Shown: positions 46,638 to 55,574 of the stretch, piece by piece
Position numbering within the stretch: position 1 is the first letter of the stretch
How the letters are laid out: every line of letters begins with the position of its first letter
Assembly (NCBI GenBank): GCA_902385225.1
Contig: CABMEU010000016.1
Span: 1-55,574 of the forward strand
Direction: 5' to 3'
Source: an uncultured archaeon
GTDB lineage: Archaea > Iainarchaeota > Iainarchaeia > Iainarchaeales > JAAZKV01
DNA: 55,574 nt
Position numbers and translations under genes: made by a program
Notes under the pieces: model-generated
What the model saw: the letters and a program-made list of their open reading frames with translations, nothing else
Database searches by the model: none
Told to the model about the DNA's origin: nothing

Positions 46638-46741
46638 TTCAAGACCCTGCTTTGAGCTAATTGAGCCTAATCTCGTTATATTATTATCTTGAGGTTATCT
46701 GTTGAGATTAGTTCATAAATTTTTCGTAGTGTTATTTGGTC

Positions 46742-47212
46742 ATGAAATTGTCTGTTCTTTGTTATGTAACTAAAAATGGGAAGACATTGATGTTGCACCG
46801 TGTGAAGAAAGAAAGCGATTTAACTAATGGGCATTATGGTAAATGGAATGGCTTGGGCGGAAAAATTGAGCATAATGAGTCTCCTGAAGAGGCTGTAAAA
46901 AGAGAAGTTTTTGAGGAATCAGGGCTTACAATAAAGAAGCCTGTATTAAAAGGCATAATTACTTGCCCCGAAACAAGTACGGATGAAGAGTGGATAATTT
47001 TCATTTTTATTGCAAAGAAGTTTAAGGGTAACCTAATTGAATGCAATGAGGGTGATTTAGAGTGGGTTAAAACTTCTGAAATAAAAAAGCTGAATCTGTG
47101 GCAAGCTGACTATTTGCTTTTGCCACTGCTAAACAAAAAAGGAATATTCACAGCAAAAATTACTTATGATAATGGAAAAGTAATTCATTCAATTATAAAC
47201 AAATACAAGTAA
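46742..47212 (+). CDS. 8-oxo-dGTP diphosphatase-like NUDIX hydrolase
   Basis: GKWNGLGGKIEHNESPEEAVKREVFEESG, CNEGDLEW. Confidence 0.9.
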   Translation: MKLSVLCYVTKNGKTLMLHRVKKESDLTNGHYGKWNGLGGKIEHNESPEEAVKREVFEESGLTIKKPVLKGIITCPETSTDEEWIIFIFIAKKFKGNLIECNEGDLEWVKTSEIKKLNLWQADYLLLPLLNKKGIFTAKITYDNGKVIHSIINKYK

Positions 47213-47338
47213 CTACGCAGGCGCAAATTCATGTAGTGCTAAAGGTGTATACAAAACAAGAAAAGACAATCTCTTAGTCGCGTTTCGCAAAGCGGGCGGA
47301 GCAATAATTTTTATTAACAAAAAATATGGCTTTTGTGG

Positions 47339-48145
47339 TCAAACTTTTATTTCCATGCCGTCGTATGCAAAATCAAAGTTACTGTCGGCATATTTATTCT
47401 TCATCTTTCTTAAATAGTTTATGCCCCAATTCTGGAGTTCGAGTTCTTCGATGTGTGTGAGAATTGTTCTCTTTGGGTTTAGCTCTTTTATTCGGTTCAT
47501 TAAGCTGGGAAAAGATATTTCACTTTTCACTGTTTTGTATGAAAATAGGCCGCATTCATTAATTAGCAAATCCAAGTTTAGAATCTTTTGAGCGAAGCGT
47601 ATTGTATCACAGGGTGCATAGAGAACTCGCTTTTTCCCTTCTTTGAAAAGGAATGAGAAAGTGTTCGAGTTTTTGCCAGTATAACCTATTGCAATAATCT
47701 TTAATTTTCCTATTTTTACCATTTGATTATGCTCAATAAAATGAATCTTTGCTACTTTAATCACATTGGCATAATAATTTAGAACATTCATTTTATTTTC
47801 TAAATCTTTAAAAACTCTTTTTGAGAGGTAAACGTTAATTCTGCGCACAGCTTTATTCGTTCGAAAATCAAAGCATGATTCTAATACAAGTCTTAATCCA
47901 AAAGTGTGATCTGGGTGCCAGTGAGTTATAAATAAGTTCTCAACTTTTTTTATATTTCTTCTATTCAATGAATCAGCAATGTCTTCCCCGCAATCAATTA
48001 CTCCATTAATGTCTTTTATGAATAAAGAGCTGCTATTTCGTTTGTATGGCTCGCCTAGTTTTCTTGCTTTTTTGCAAACGTTGCACTGACAATAAGGTCT
48101 TGGAGTTGCTGTTGCACCCCCAGAACCAAGTATGACAAATTCCAT
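47339..48145 (-). CDS. MBL-fold metallo-hydrolase (PhnP-like)
   Basis: LGSGG, CQCNVC, THWHPDH, CD, LTH. Confidence 0.88.
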   Translation of the reverse strand: MEFVILGSGGATATPRPYCQCNVCKKARKLGEPYKRNSSSLFIKDINGVIDCGEDIADSLNRRNIKKVENLFITHWHPDHTFGLRLVLESCFDFRTNKAVRRINVYLSKRVFKDLENKMNVLNYYANVIKVAKIHFIEHNQMVKIGKLKIIAIGYTGKNSNTFSFLFKEGKKRVLYAPCDTIRFAQKILNLDLLINECGLFSYKTVKSEISFPSLMNRIKELNPKRTILTHIEELELQNWGINYLRKMKNKYADSNFDFAYDGMEIKV

Positions 48146-48180
48146 ACTATGCTAACCCAATTAAAATTTATAAAGACCAC

Positions 48181-48651
48181 TCACAATGTTTTCTTAAGTT
48201 CTTTTTTGAATTCTTTGAATCCAAGGCTTTCATAAAAAGCTAATGCGTTTTTATTACCCGATAACATGCTTAAGCAAATGTGTTTTATTTTTTTAGATTT
48301 AAATAATTTAATGGCCTCATTCATCAAGCTTTTTCCAACAGAGCGTTTTCTATATTTTTTAACAACAAATAAATCACTCACATAACCAATTTTTTTCACA
48401 GTATATATCTTCGGTCTATTCTTTATTTGGCAGTAAATGAATCCAGCGACTTTTTCATTTATCTCGGCAAGCAAAAGAAAACTATTAGATTTGCTATTAA
48501 TGCACTTTTTTGTGTATTTTCTAATTCCCGGGATACTTTCTCTGTCAAGGGTTTTGAACGCTGGGGCAATACTTTTTTCGTTTTTTATCAGATCAAGAAA
48601 TAAGTTTGTTAATACATTCAAATCTTTAATTTTAGCAGGCCTAATGTTCAT
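48181..48651 (-). CDS. GNAT N-acetyltransferase
   Basis: LFVVKKYRKRSVG, NALAFYESLGF. Confidence 0.9.
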   Translation of the reverse strand: MNIRPAKIKDLNVLTNLFLDLIKNEKSIAPAFKTLDRESIPGIRKYTKKCINSKSNSFLLLAEINEKVAGFIYCQIKNRPKIYTVKKIGYVSDLFVVKKYRKRSVGKSLMNEAIKLFKSKKIKHICLSMLSGNKNALAFYESLGFKEFKKELKKTL

Positions 48652-48792
48652 AATTAATATATGTAATTAAAATATATAAATGAACTTATTTCAAAGACTT
48701 TGGCTTCCGGTCACGCATAATTTGTTTGGGGTTTAAGCAAGTTTTTATTTTTAATATTTTTTTTATTTATTCAAGCAGTTAGTTCTACCTTC

Positions 48793-49269
48793 CTACAAGT
48801 ATCCCAAACTTTTTGCTTTATTTATTGCATTCTTGGTTTCTTTGAATGTTAATCTTTTTTCAATTGAGTTGAGCGGTAGGAAGGTTAGTTTGGATATCTC
48901 TTGTGTTTTTGGTTTTAACTTTGTTGGGTCTCCAAGGTATTCTGCTAAAAAGAGTGTTGTTATTTGCCCAGAATATTTACTGTTCTTTGTTTTTGGAAAA
49001 TCAAATGATATTTTTATTGGGAGTTCTGTCTTTATGCAAATTTCTTGTGTGCCAAGTTCTTCGCTTAATTCCCTTAATATTGCTTGAACTGGGGTCTCGT
49101 TTACTTTTATGCCCCCCTTTGGGATATCCCATTCATTTACTGGTTTCGCCCCGCCCAAATCCTCTGTTAAAACCTTATTAATTACGCAAATTTCATTCGG
49201 TTTTGATTTACAGGTGATAATTGCCCCTACTGCTTGCCTTATTGGCAAATCAATTATTTCTTTGTCCAT
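48793..49269 (-). CDS. NUDIX hydrolase (RppH/Ap4A-like)
   Basis: WDIPKGGIKVNETPVQAILRELSEELG, YSGQ. Confidence 0.85.
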   Translation of the reverse strand: MDKEIIDLPIRQAVGAIITCKSKPNEICVINKVLTEDLGGAKPVNEWDIPKGGIKVNETPVQAILRELSEELGTQEICIKTELPIKISFDFPKTKNSKYSGQITTLFLAEYLGDPTKLKPKTQEISKLTFLPLNSIEKRLTFKETKNAINKAKSLGYL

Positions 49270-49300
49270 CTTTCGTCCTCCAAAGAATTGTCCGTTTGAA

Positions 49301-49570
49301 TTATTTAACCCTTATCTTCTCCATCAACTCTTCCTTTTCTGTTGTTTTGACTAGCCACCCTTTTGTGGTTATTGTCCCTGTGGCTTCGAGTTCTTTTATT
49401 ATTTTGTCAAGTTTTTTCTCATTGTAGTTTGCAAAGCAGAGGAGTTCTTCTTTTGTGTAGTGTTTGTTTTCGTGCAGGAGTAGGAGGAGGATTTGCTCGT
49501 GTAATTGGGAGTAGTTTGGGTGTTCTTCAGCCTTTTTTAGGTATGCGTTTTCAAGTACGGTTAGCACCAT
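49301..49570 (-). CDS. Small winged-helix protein
   Basis: ILLLL...YTKEEL...LDKIIKELEATGTI; TAATG overlap with the upstream ORF. Confidence 0.55.
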   Translation of the reverse strand: MVLTVLENAYLKKAEEHPNYSQLHEQILLLLLHENKHYTKEELLCFANYNEKKLDKIIKELEATGTITTKGWLVKTTEKEELMEKIRVK

Positions 49571-49737
49571 TAGGGGTCACTTGTGATGATTGTTTCTGGT
49601 TCGGTTGGGAATTTCTTGAAGTAGAGTTGTTTTGTTTTGGAAGCGTGTTTTACTAATAAAAAATACTTGTCTGCCATTTCTGAAACGATTTTTGGTATCT
49701 CTTTATTGCTAGTATAATCAAGTATTCGCTCTTCCAT
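49570..49737 (-). CDS. Small hypothetical protein (55 aa)
   Basis: Not in ORF track. MEERILDYTSNKEIPKIVSEMADKYFLLVKHASKTKQLYFKKFPTEPETIITSDP*; its TAA overlaps the next ATG. Confidence 0.45.
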   Translation of the reverse strand: MEERILDYTSNKEIPKIVSEMADKYFLLVKHASKTKQLYFKKFPTEPETIITSDP

Positions 49738-49807
49738 GCACTAATTGCTGTTTGGGTGATTAATATGGCTGAAGTAGAAAAAGAATCAACTAATTGGTTG
49801 ATTTAAC

Positions 49808-50272
49808 TCAGAGTTTCTTTCTCATCGGCTGTACAGTTAGTCCGTGGAATTTTCTTTTTCCAGTGGTTCTTTTGAAGCCGATTCCTTGGTAGAATGTTGT
49901 GGCGTATAGTGAGGCGCGGGCTTTCACGAATTTTGATTTTTGTCTTTTTGCCTCGCCCTCAAACCTTTGCATTAATCTTTTTCCAATTCCTGCGCCGTGG
50001 TGTTTTCCAAGTAAGAAAAGATTTGTAATTTTATTTGGTCGTCCTCTCGCAAGTCCAATTACTTTTCCGTTCTCCACAGCGACAAAGAAGATGGGGGTTG
50101 TTCTGAATCTCTCAAGTAATACTTCTTGAGGGAGTTTTGGGGAGTATTGTTCAATATAGTTTTGTGCTGCGGCTTTTGTGCCTTCATTTTTGTTAAATTG
50201 GCTGAATGTCTCAACTATTACTCTCGCGCATGCTTTTGCGTCACTTGGACGGAATTTTCTGATTGTTACCAT
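49808..50272 (-). CDS. GNAT N-acetyltransferase
   Basis: LFLLGKHHGAGIG, ASLYATTFYQGIGF. Confidence 0.88.
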   Translation of the reverse strand: MVTIRKFRPSDAKACARVIVETFSQFNKNEGTKAAAQNYIEQYSPKLPQEVLLERFRTTPIFFVAVENGKVIGLARGRPNKITNLFLLGKHHGAGIGKRLMQRFEGEAKRQKSKFVKARASLYATTFYQGIGFKRTTGKRKFHGLTVQPMRKKL

Positions 50273-50381
50273 AAATATTATTTGTTTTTGGTGTTATTAA
50301 TTCCAGCGGGTTTTGTGATGCCCAAGTCTTTTTTAAACCCTTTTTCTCTTGTCTTTCTTATCCAAGTCGGGGTTTATCTGT

Positions 50382-52034
50382 ATGGCAAAAAAGAGGGTTC
50401 TTGTTACTAGTGCGCTTCCGTACGTGAATAATGTTCCGCACCTTGGGAATCTTGTTGGTTCGGTGCTTGGCGCTGATGCGTTTGCTAGGTTTAAACGATT
50501 AGAAGGGAATGAGGTTTTGTTTGTTCTTGGCACTGATGAGCATGGTACAACAGCTGAAGCAAAAGCAATTGAAGAGGGTTTAACTCCTCGCCAATTAGTT
50601 GATAAATATTTTAAGATTCACAAAGAAATTTATGAGTGGTTTGGGGCTAGCGCTGACTGCATGGGCAGGAGTTCCTCAAAAGAGAATGCGGAAATTACTA
50701 AACACATTTTCCTAAAGCTCCACGAGAATGGTTTTTTGGTTGAGCGAACAATTACACAATTGTATTCAGAGAAAGCGAAGAAGTTTTTGAGTGATAGGTT
50801 TGTTGAAGGGGAGTGTCCGATTTGTCATGCGAAGGGCGCGAGGGGTGATCAGTGTGATGCTTGCGGTAATTTGCTTGACCCGATGGACCTCATTAATCCG
50901 ATTAGTAAACTTGATGGTTCAAAGCCAGTGCCAAAGCAAACCAAGCACTTGTTTATTGATTTGCCAAAAATTGAGCCTGAGTTAAAGAAATGGATTGATA
51001 CTAAGAGAAAAACTTGGACTCCATTAGCACTAAATATTACTGACCAGTGGCTCAAATCAGGGTTAAGAGAGAGATGCATTACGCGCGACCTTGAGTGGGG
51101 TATTCCTGTTCCCTTAAAGGGCTGGGAGAATAAAGTTATTTACAGCTGGTTTGATGCGCCAATCGCTTACATTGGAATTACCTCGGAGAAACTTGGTAAA
51201 AAATGGGAAGACTGGTGGAGAGCAGAAGATATTACTTTGTATCAGTTCATGGGAAAAGATAATGTTCCGTTCCACTCAATTTTGTTCCCTTCATTCTTAA
51301 TCGGCACAAGGGAAAAGTGGCACCTCGTTGATTATCTTGACTCAACTGCGTACCTAAATTATGAATCGCAGAAGTTCTCAAAGAGCAAAGGAGTTGGAGT
51401 ATTTGGGGATGATGCTATTAAGTCAGGTATCGCAAGTGACGTGTGGAGATATTATTTGTTTAGGGTTCGCCCGCAGGAATCCGATTCGGATTTTGAGTGG
51501 AAGGATTTTGAAGCGAAGGTTAACACCGAACTTGTTGGGAATTTTGGAAATTTTGTTAATAGAATTGTTGCGCTTAATGAGAAATTCTTTGATGGGGTAA
51601 AACAAAAATCCGGCAAAGGAAATCTATTGGATTCCGCAAAGCCCCTTGTTGAGGAATACAAAACCCTTGTAAACAAAATTCATTTGAGGGAAGCGCTTCT
51701 AAAAGCAAATGAAGTGAGCTCTCTTGGGAACAAATATTTGCAGGAGCACGAGCCGTGGATTAAAGTGAAAACAGATAAGGTCGCGGCAGGAGAGATAATT
51801 GCGGAGTGTCTTGATTTGGCGAAGGTCTTGGCTGTTCTTTATTATCCATTTACTCCAACAGCTTCAGGAAAAGTGTTTGAAATGCTCAATGAGAAAGATA
51901 TTTTGAAAGTTGGTTTCGCGAAGTGCTTTGACGGGGTAAAAGAGAAAACAAAGATTAAGTCACTCGGGATTTTGTTCGCAAAGCTTGATGATAAAGCGGT
52001 TGTTGAGCTAAAGAAGAAGTTCTCAAACCAATAA
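50382..52034 (+). CDS. metG: Methionyl-tRNA synthetase (no C-terminal OB domain)
   Basis: ALPYVNNVPHLGN, GTDEHG, CPIC/CDAC knuckle, KFSKS. Confidence 0.96.
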   Translation: MAKKRVLVTSALPYVNNVPHLGNLVGSVLGADAFARFKRLEGNEVLFVLGTDEHGTTAEAKAIEEGLTPRQLVDKYFKIHKEIYEWFGASADCMGRSSSKENAEITKHIFLKLHENGFLVERTITQLYSEKAKKFLSDRFVEGECPICHAKGARGDQCDACGNLLDPMDLINPISKLDGSKPVPKQTKHLFIDLPKIEPELKKWIDTKRKTWTPLALNITDQWLKSGLRERCITRDLEWGIPVPLKGWENKVIYSWFDAPIAYIGITSEKLGKKWEDWWRAEDITLYQFMGKDNVPFHSILFPSFLIGTREKWHLVDYLDSTAYLNYESQKFSKSKGVGVFGDDAIKSGIASDVWRYYLFRVRPQESDSDFEWKDFEAKVNTELVGNFGNFVNRIVALNEKFFDGVKQKSGKGNLLDSAKPLVEEYKTLVNKIHLREALLKANEVSSLGNKYLQEHEPWIKVKTDKVAAGEIIAECLDLAKVLAVLYYPFTPTASGKVFEMLNEKDILKVGFAKCFDGVKEKTKIKSLGILFAKLDDKAVVELKKKFSNQ

Positions 52035-52248
52035 TTCTTAGTTTTTTGAATGGGTTTGATGGTTTCACTTACCCATATATATGGTTTCAGCACCAATCTT
52101 GTGGACTTGGGGTTGTTTTGGGCTAGCCAAATAATTTGGTTTTGTTTTTAAACATTTTCAAGCGGTTTGATACAGGACAAGAAGGTAATGTAATTCAAAA
52201 AAGAGTGATGAGCGTAAGAAAGTATAACGGTTTGCCTAAGTGAGTGTA

Positions 52249-52725
52249 ATGATTTGTTTTATCGCGTGGATTGTTTTTGCGGTGCTCGGGATTTTCTCCG
52301 CGCGTTATCGTGCCTATTTCTTTGAGGCGACGGATTGTTTGTTTAGAAAAATGACTTTACGTAAATGCACTACTTCTTTTGACCAGAAGATGAAGATGAA
52401 GGTTTCAACAAAACTCGCTGCTCTAAATAAATCCCTTGGTTCTTTTGTTTTCAAGCACTTTGACATTATCTCTTGGACATTCACAATAATAATGATTATT
52501 TCGCTCGCTTGGTCCGCTTATGCCACGGTTGATGGGATTTACAATTGGGTGGCTTTTGGTAATTGTTATGGTCCCGACAGCACACAATTGTGTGTTCTAA
52601 ATACTTTGACTGGAAAAACCCAGCCCACTACAACTACAGCGGTGAATTATCTGACTGACAATAATTTGCAGTGTGATTCAAACTTGCTCACAAATAGCAT
52701 TAATGCGGTTTCGGGCAACGGGTAG
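52249..52725 (+). CDS. Cys-containing membrane protein upstream of a thioredoxin-like gene
   Basis: MICFIAW...DCLFRKMTLRKC; two TM segments; GNCYGP...C. Confidence 0.65.
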   Translation: MICFIAWIVFAVLGIFSARYRAYFFEATDCLFRKMTLRKCTTSFDQKMKMKVSTKLAALNKSLGSFVFKHFDIISWTFTIIMIISLAWSAYATVDGIYNWVAFGNCYGPDSTQLCVLNTLTGKTQPTTTTAVNYLTDNNLQCDSNLLTNSINAVSGNG

Positions 52726-52776
52726 TTTTTTAAGTAGAATTTAGTTGTTTTTTTCAACTTGGATGGAGGGTTGGTA

Positions 52777-53874
52777 ATGAGTAATGAACACGAACACAAA
52801 GATCATGAGCACCATGATCATGAACATAAGGAACACCACTCCGCGCATGAGCACAGCGGGGGTCACTCAAAACAAGAAAAGATTCTTGGGTTTGATTTGA
52901 AGGTAGTAGTGCTTGTTTTCGCGCTAGTTATAATAGCGGCGCTTGCAGGAACATGGTTTGGCGCAATGAGCGCGCAGGCTTCGGCAGTTAGTGCCGCACC
53001 GCAGGTTTCGGCAGCGGACACTGCTTTATTGAAAGCAAATGTTGAGAGTTACATTAACAAAAACTTTTTAGAGCCGCAAGGGCTTTCAGCAAAGATACTT
53101 GATGCTAATGACCTTGGCAATGGGTTGTATGCGTTAAGCTTTGAGGTTTATCAGAATGGAACAAAAGCTGATGCGGGTGTAATTTACGCAAACAAAAGTA
53201 ACTTAATCATAGGCCAGGTATTTGACCTAAACAAGCCGATAGCAAAACCTGCGACGACTACTCCTGCCCAAACAGCACCAGTAAAGTCAGATAAGCCGCA
53301 AGTTGATTTGTATGTAATGAGTTTTTGCCCTTACGGCAATCAGGCTGAAGACACAATGATTTCGGCATATAGTTTGTTAAAAGACAAGATTGATTTCAAT
53401 GTTCATTTCATTGTGAGCGTTTCAGGAACTACTGTGCAGTCACTGCACGGAGCTAACGAAGTGCTGCAGGACGAGCGGGAAGCTTGTGTTTTGAAGAACT
53501 ACGGAAACGGCAAATGGTTCCAGGTAGCTACGTATGTTAATGATAACTGCGGTAGCGCAACAGGAGCATCATGCTGGGCAGATGCTTTGACAAAAGCAGG
53601 CGGAATTGACGCAAACAAAATCGATTCATGCGTTGCTACTGAGGGAGTTGCTTTAATGAGCGCAAATGAACTCGCTTCAAACGCTGCTGGCGCAAACGGT
53701 TCGCCTACACTCGTAATTAATGGTGTTAAATCGAACGCTGTTTACCAGTATGGTAATTCAGAAGCATACAAGACAGCGATTTGCGATGCATTCAACACCG
53801 CTCCAACTGAGTGTGCGACTAAATTGAGTGCTGCAACAACCGCTCCTGCGGGAAGCTGTAATCCTTCGCCTTAA
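52777..53874 (+). CDS. Membrane-anchored thioredoxin/DsbA-like protein with His-rich N-terminus
   Basis: HEHKDHEHHDHEH, one TM, VMSFCPYG, SLHGANE, GSPTLVING. Confidence 0.8.
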   Translation: MSNEHEHKDHEHHDHEHKEHHSAHEHSGGHSKQEKILGFDLKVVVLVFALVIIAALAGTWFGAMSAQASAVSAAPQVSAADTALLKANVESYINKNFLEPQGLSAKILDANDLGNGLYALSFEVYQNGTKADAGVIYANKSNLIIGQVFDLNKPIAKPATTTPAQTAPVKSDKPQVDLYVMSFCPYGNQAEDTMISAYSLLKDKIDFNVHFIVSVSGTTVQSLHGANEVLQDEREACVLKNYGNGKWFQVATYVNDNCGSATGASCWADALTKAGGIDANKIDSCVATEGVALMSANELASNAAGANGSPTLVINGVKSNAVYQYGNSEAYKTAICDAFNTAPTECATKLSAATTAPAGSCNPSP

Positions 53875-53881
53875 TTAAATT

Positions 53882-53926
53882 GGATTGTCTGGATTTGTCC
53901 GGGCAATCCCTTTTTCTTTTTTTCTT
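53882..53926 (+). terminator. Hairpin plus T-tract terminator
   Basis: GGATTGTCTGGA-tttg-TCCGGGCAATCC followed by T runs. Confidence 0.7.
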
Positions 53927-53959
53927 TATTACTTTTTATCATAATTTTGGCGGTTTTAA

Positions 53960-54562
53960 ATGAACTTTTTTGTGCGTCACAAATGGTTTCTAGTTCTCCT
54001 TGCGTTAGTAAACTTTGCTGCGGGAATTTACTCGTTTAGCTTTTATGCACCCCAACTTGAGATAAACAGCCCGCTTTTGTGGTTTTTCATAGCTGATTGC
54101 CCGATTTACGCGATTATTTTTGGATTAACTGTGCTTTTGATTGCGAAGGAGCGTCCTAGTCCTCTTCTTTCATTCATTTCGCTTGTTGGGAGTATTAAGT
54201 ACGGCCTTTGGACGATTTTTGTGCTTGGAATAAGCAATACCGCTTCGCTTTATCCCCTCATTATCCTTGCGCACTTACTTTTGCTAGTGGAAACAATAGT
54301 TCTCTTCAGAGTCTTCTCCTTTAAGGTAAAGCATGTGTTAATAGCGCTCGTGTGGTTTGTGATTAATGATTACCTTGATTATACAGTCGGGCTTCACCCT
54401 TATGTTCCTGACGGATTCCTCTCGCAGGCAGGCACCTTTGCCATAATTTGCTCGCTAATATTGCCCTTTGTTTTGTCAATAGTCTTCTCTGCAAGAAATG
54501 GGGTCTCGCATTCAACCGCAAGTGCTCCAAAAGCAGAGAGAAAAAAGAAGTGGGCGCATTAA
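53960..54562 (+). CDS. DUF1405 family membrane protein
   Basis: FYAPQL...FIADCP, KYGLWT, NDYLDY.VGLHP. Confidence 0.8.
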   Translation: MNFFVRHKWFLVLLALVNFAAGIYSFSFYAPQLEINSPLLWFFIADCPIYAIIFGLTVLLIAKERPSPLLSFISLVGSIKYGLWTIFVLGISNTASLYPLIILAHLLLLVETIVLFRVFSFKVKHVLIALVWFVINDYLDYTVGLHPYVPDGFLSQAGTFAIICSLILPFVLSIVFSARNGVSHSTASAPKAERKKKWAH

Positions 54563-54705
54563 CTTGCACAAATTATGGGTTTGTGAGTTTTTGAAATGCT
54601 TTTTTTTGTCCTACAAAAGGCATTTAAATCAGTTCATTTATTTATAGATAGTATTGGACGAATAAGTATTCTTTTTGTCTAACTTGCCTAAAAAATTTGA
54701 TGATT

Positions 54706-55574
54706 ATGGATAAAAAATATTCAATTACGGGTCACGGTGCGTGCAAGGAAGTTGGAAGAAGCGCTTTTGTTGTTGATTTTGGCGAAAAATTCCTGATGGA
54801 TTATGGAATTAAGCTTAATATTGACGCGATAGAATACCCTACTGAAATCACTGAGCCGGTTAAAGCGGCGATTATTTCCCACGCCCACCTTGACCACTCG
54901 GGGCTGCTTCCTTATTTTTATAAAAAATCTGAGTGCTTGAGTTTCATGACACAATCAACTCTTGAGCTTGCTGATTTACTTTGGAGGGATTCAATAAAAA
55001 TCGCGGAGTTTGAGGGAATGGCGCCAAAATATGATAAGGGCGAGATTGAGCAGACGCATAGATACAATTTTGTTGTTCCTTATGATAAAAAACTCAGCTT
55101 GACTCACGATGTTTCACTTGAGTTCTTTGACGCTGGGCACATCCTCGGCTCGGCTCTTACAAAACTCACTCACGAAGAAAATACTTTTTTGTACACTGGG
55201 GATTACAAAGTAAACGAAACCCAGCTTCACGTGGGCGCAAATCTTGATGTTGGTAAAGTTGATTATGTGATGACTGAAGCGACTTATGGTGATAGAGAGC
55301 AGGCGGATAGAAAACTTGAAGAGAAAGCGTTCTGCGAGTCAGTTCAAAGCACTGTTGAGCGCGGAGGGTGGGCGATAGTACCAGTTCTTGCTATCGGCAG
55401 AAGCCAGGAAATAGTTGATATTTTATCAAAGTATAATCTTGATGCCCCGATTTATCTTGACGGAATGGGAAAGAAAGTTTCTGAGATTTATATGCAGCAT
55501 GCGGATTTGATTAAGGATTCTCACGGACTAAAAAAAGCCTTAAATGGAGTTAATTGGGTTGAAGGAAAACAGGG
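54706..55574 (+). CDS. MBL/beta-CASP ribonuclease (aCPSF2-like), partial, runs off window
   Basis: Not in ORF track. GACKEVGRS, SHAHLDHSG, DAGHILGSA, YTGD, EATYG, IGRSQE. Confidence 0.9.
   Translation, partial: MDKKYSITGHGACKEVGRSAFVVDFGEKFLMDYGIKLNIDAIEYPTEITEPVKAAIISHAHLDHSGLLPYFYKKSECLSFMTQSTLELADLLWRDSIKIAEFEGMAPKYDKGEIEQTHRYNFVVPYDKKLSLTHDVSLEFFDAGHILGSALTKLTHEENTFLYTGDYKVNETQLHVGANLDVGKVDYVMTEATYGDREQADRKLEEKAFCESVQSTVERGGWAIVPVLAIGRSQEIVDILSKYNLDAPIYLDGMGKKVSEIYMQHADLIKDSHGLKKALNGVNWVEGKQ

Noticed and set aside
46638-48792. Integron attC sites between cassette-like genes
   Set aside because: Only short weak inverted repeats (e.g. CTAATCTC/GAGATTAG); no consistent RYYYAAC/GTTRRRY cores, mixed gene orientation, no integrase
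1-55574. CRISPR array, rRNA, transposase or integrase
   Set aside because: No regularly spaced repeats, rRNA-like stretch or recombinase motifs were seen

Overview
This is an archaeal chromosome segment. Gene content and order point to a DPANN archaeon, most plausibly Iainarchaeota/Diapherotrites-like (an inference). Core content: aIF-5A; a DUF2226-roadblock-MinD-Lsm cluster; tRNA thiolation genes (THUMP-less ThiI, NcsA/TtuA); the exosome/proteasome superoperon (rpl15e-rpp30-pop5-psmA-SBDS-rrp4-rrp41-rrp42-rpl37ae-rpoP-pcc1-pfdB-DHH), interrupted by inserted genes; and four aminoacyl-tRNA synthetases (SerRS, TrpRS, class I LysRS, MetRS). Accessory content: an RHH + C5-methyltransferase + GHKL-ATPase/nuclease defence-like island, a RelE toxin-antitoxin pair, and several NUDIX and GNAT genes. 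Five observations stand out. (1) A compact locus joins a KaiC-like ATPase, a tandem V4R protein, a UbiA-prenyltransferase/methyltransferase fusion, a GGR-like flavoprotein and a wHTH regulator; it is a candidate small-molecule synthesis and sensing system. (2) A tRNA-Trp-trpB2-trpS unit is preceded by a structured leader encoding a peptide ending W-W-R-Y, like a trpL attenuation signal. (3) The class I LysRS is fused to a B3/4 editing-like domain. (4) A four-copy alternating inverted-repeat array lies upstream of roadblock-minD. (5) A dispersed set of very basic orphan genes, several with degenerate enzyme folds, is inserted in conserved operons. All family calls come from motif recognition by eye; no database searches were run.
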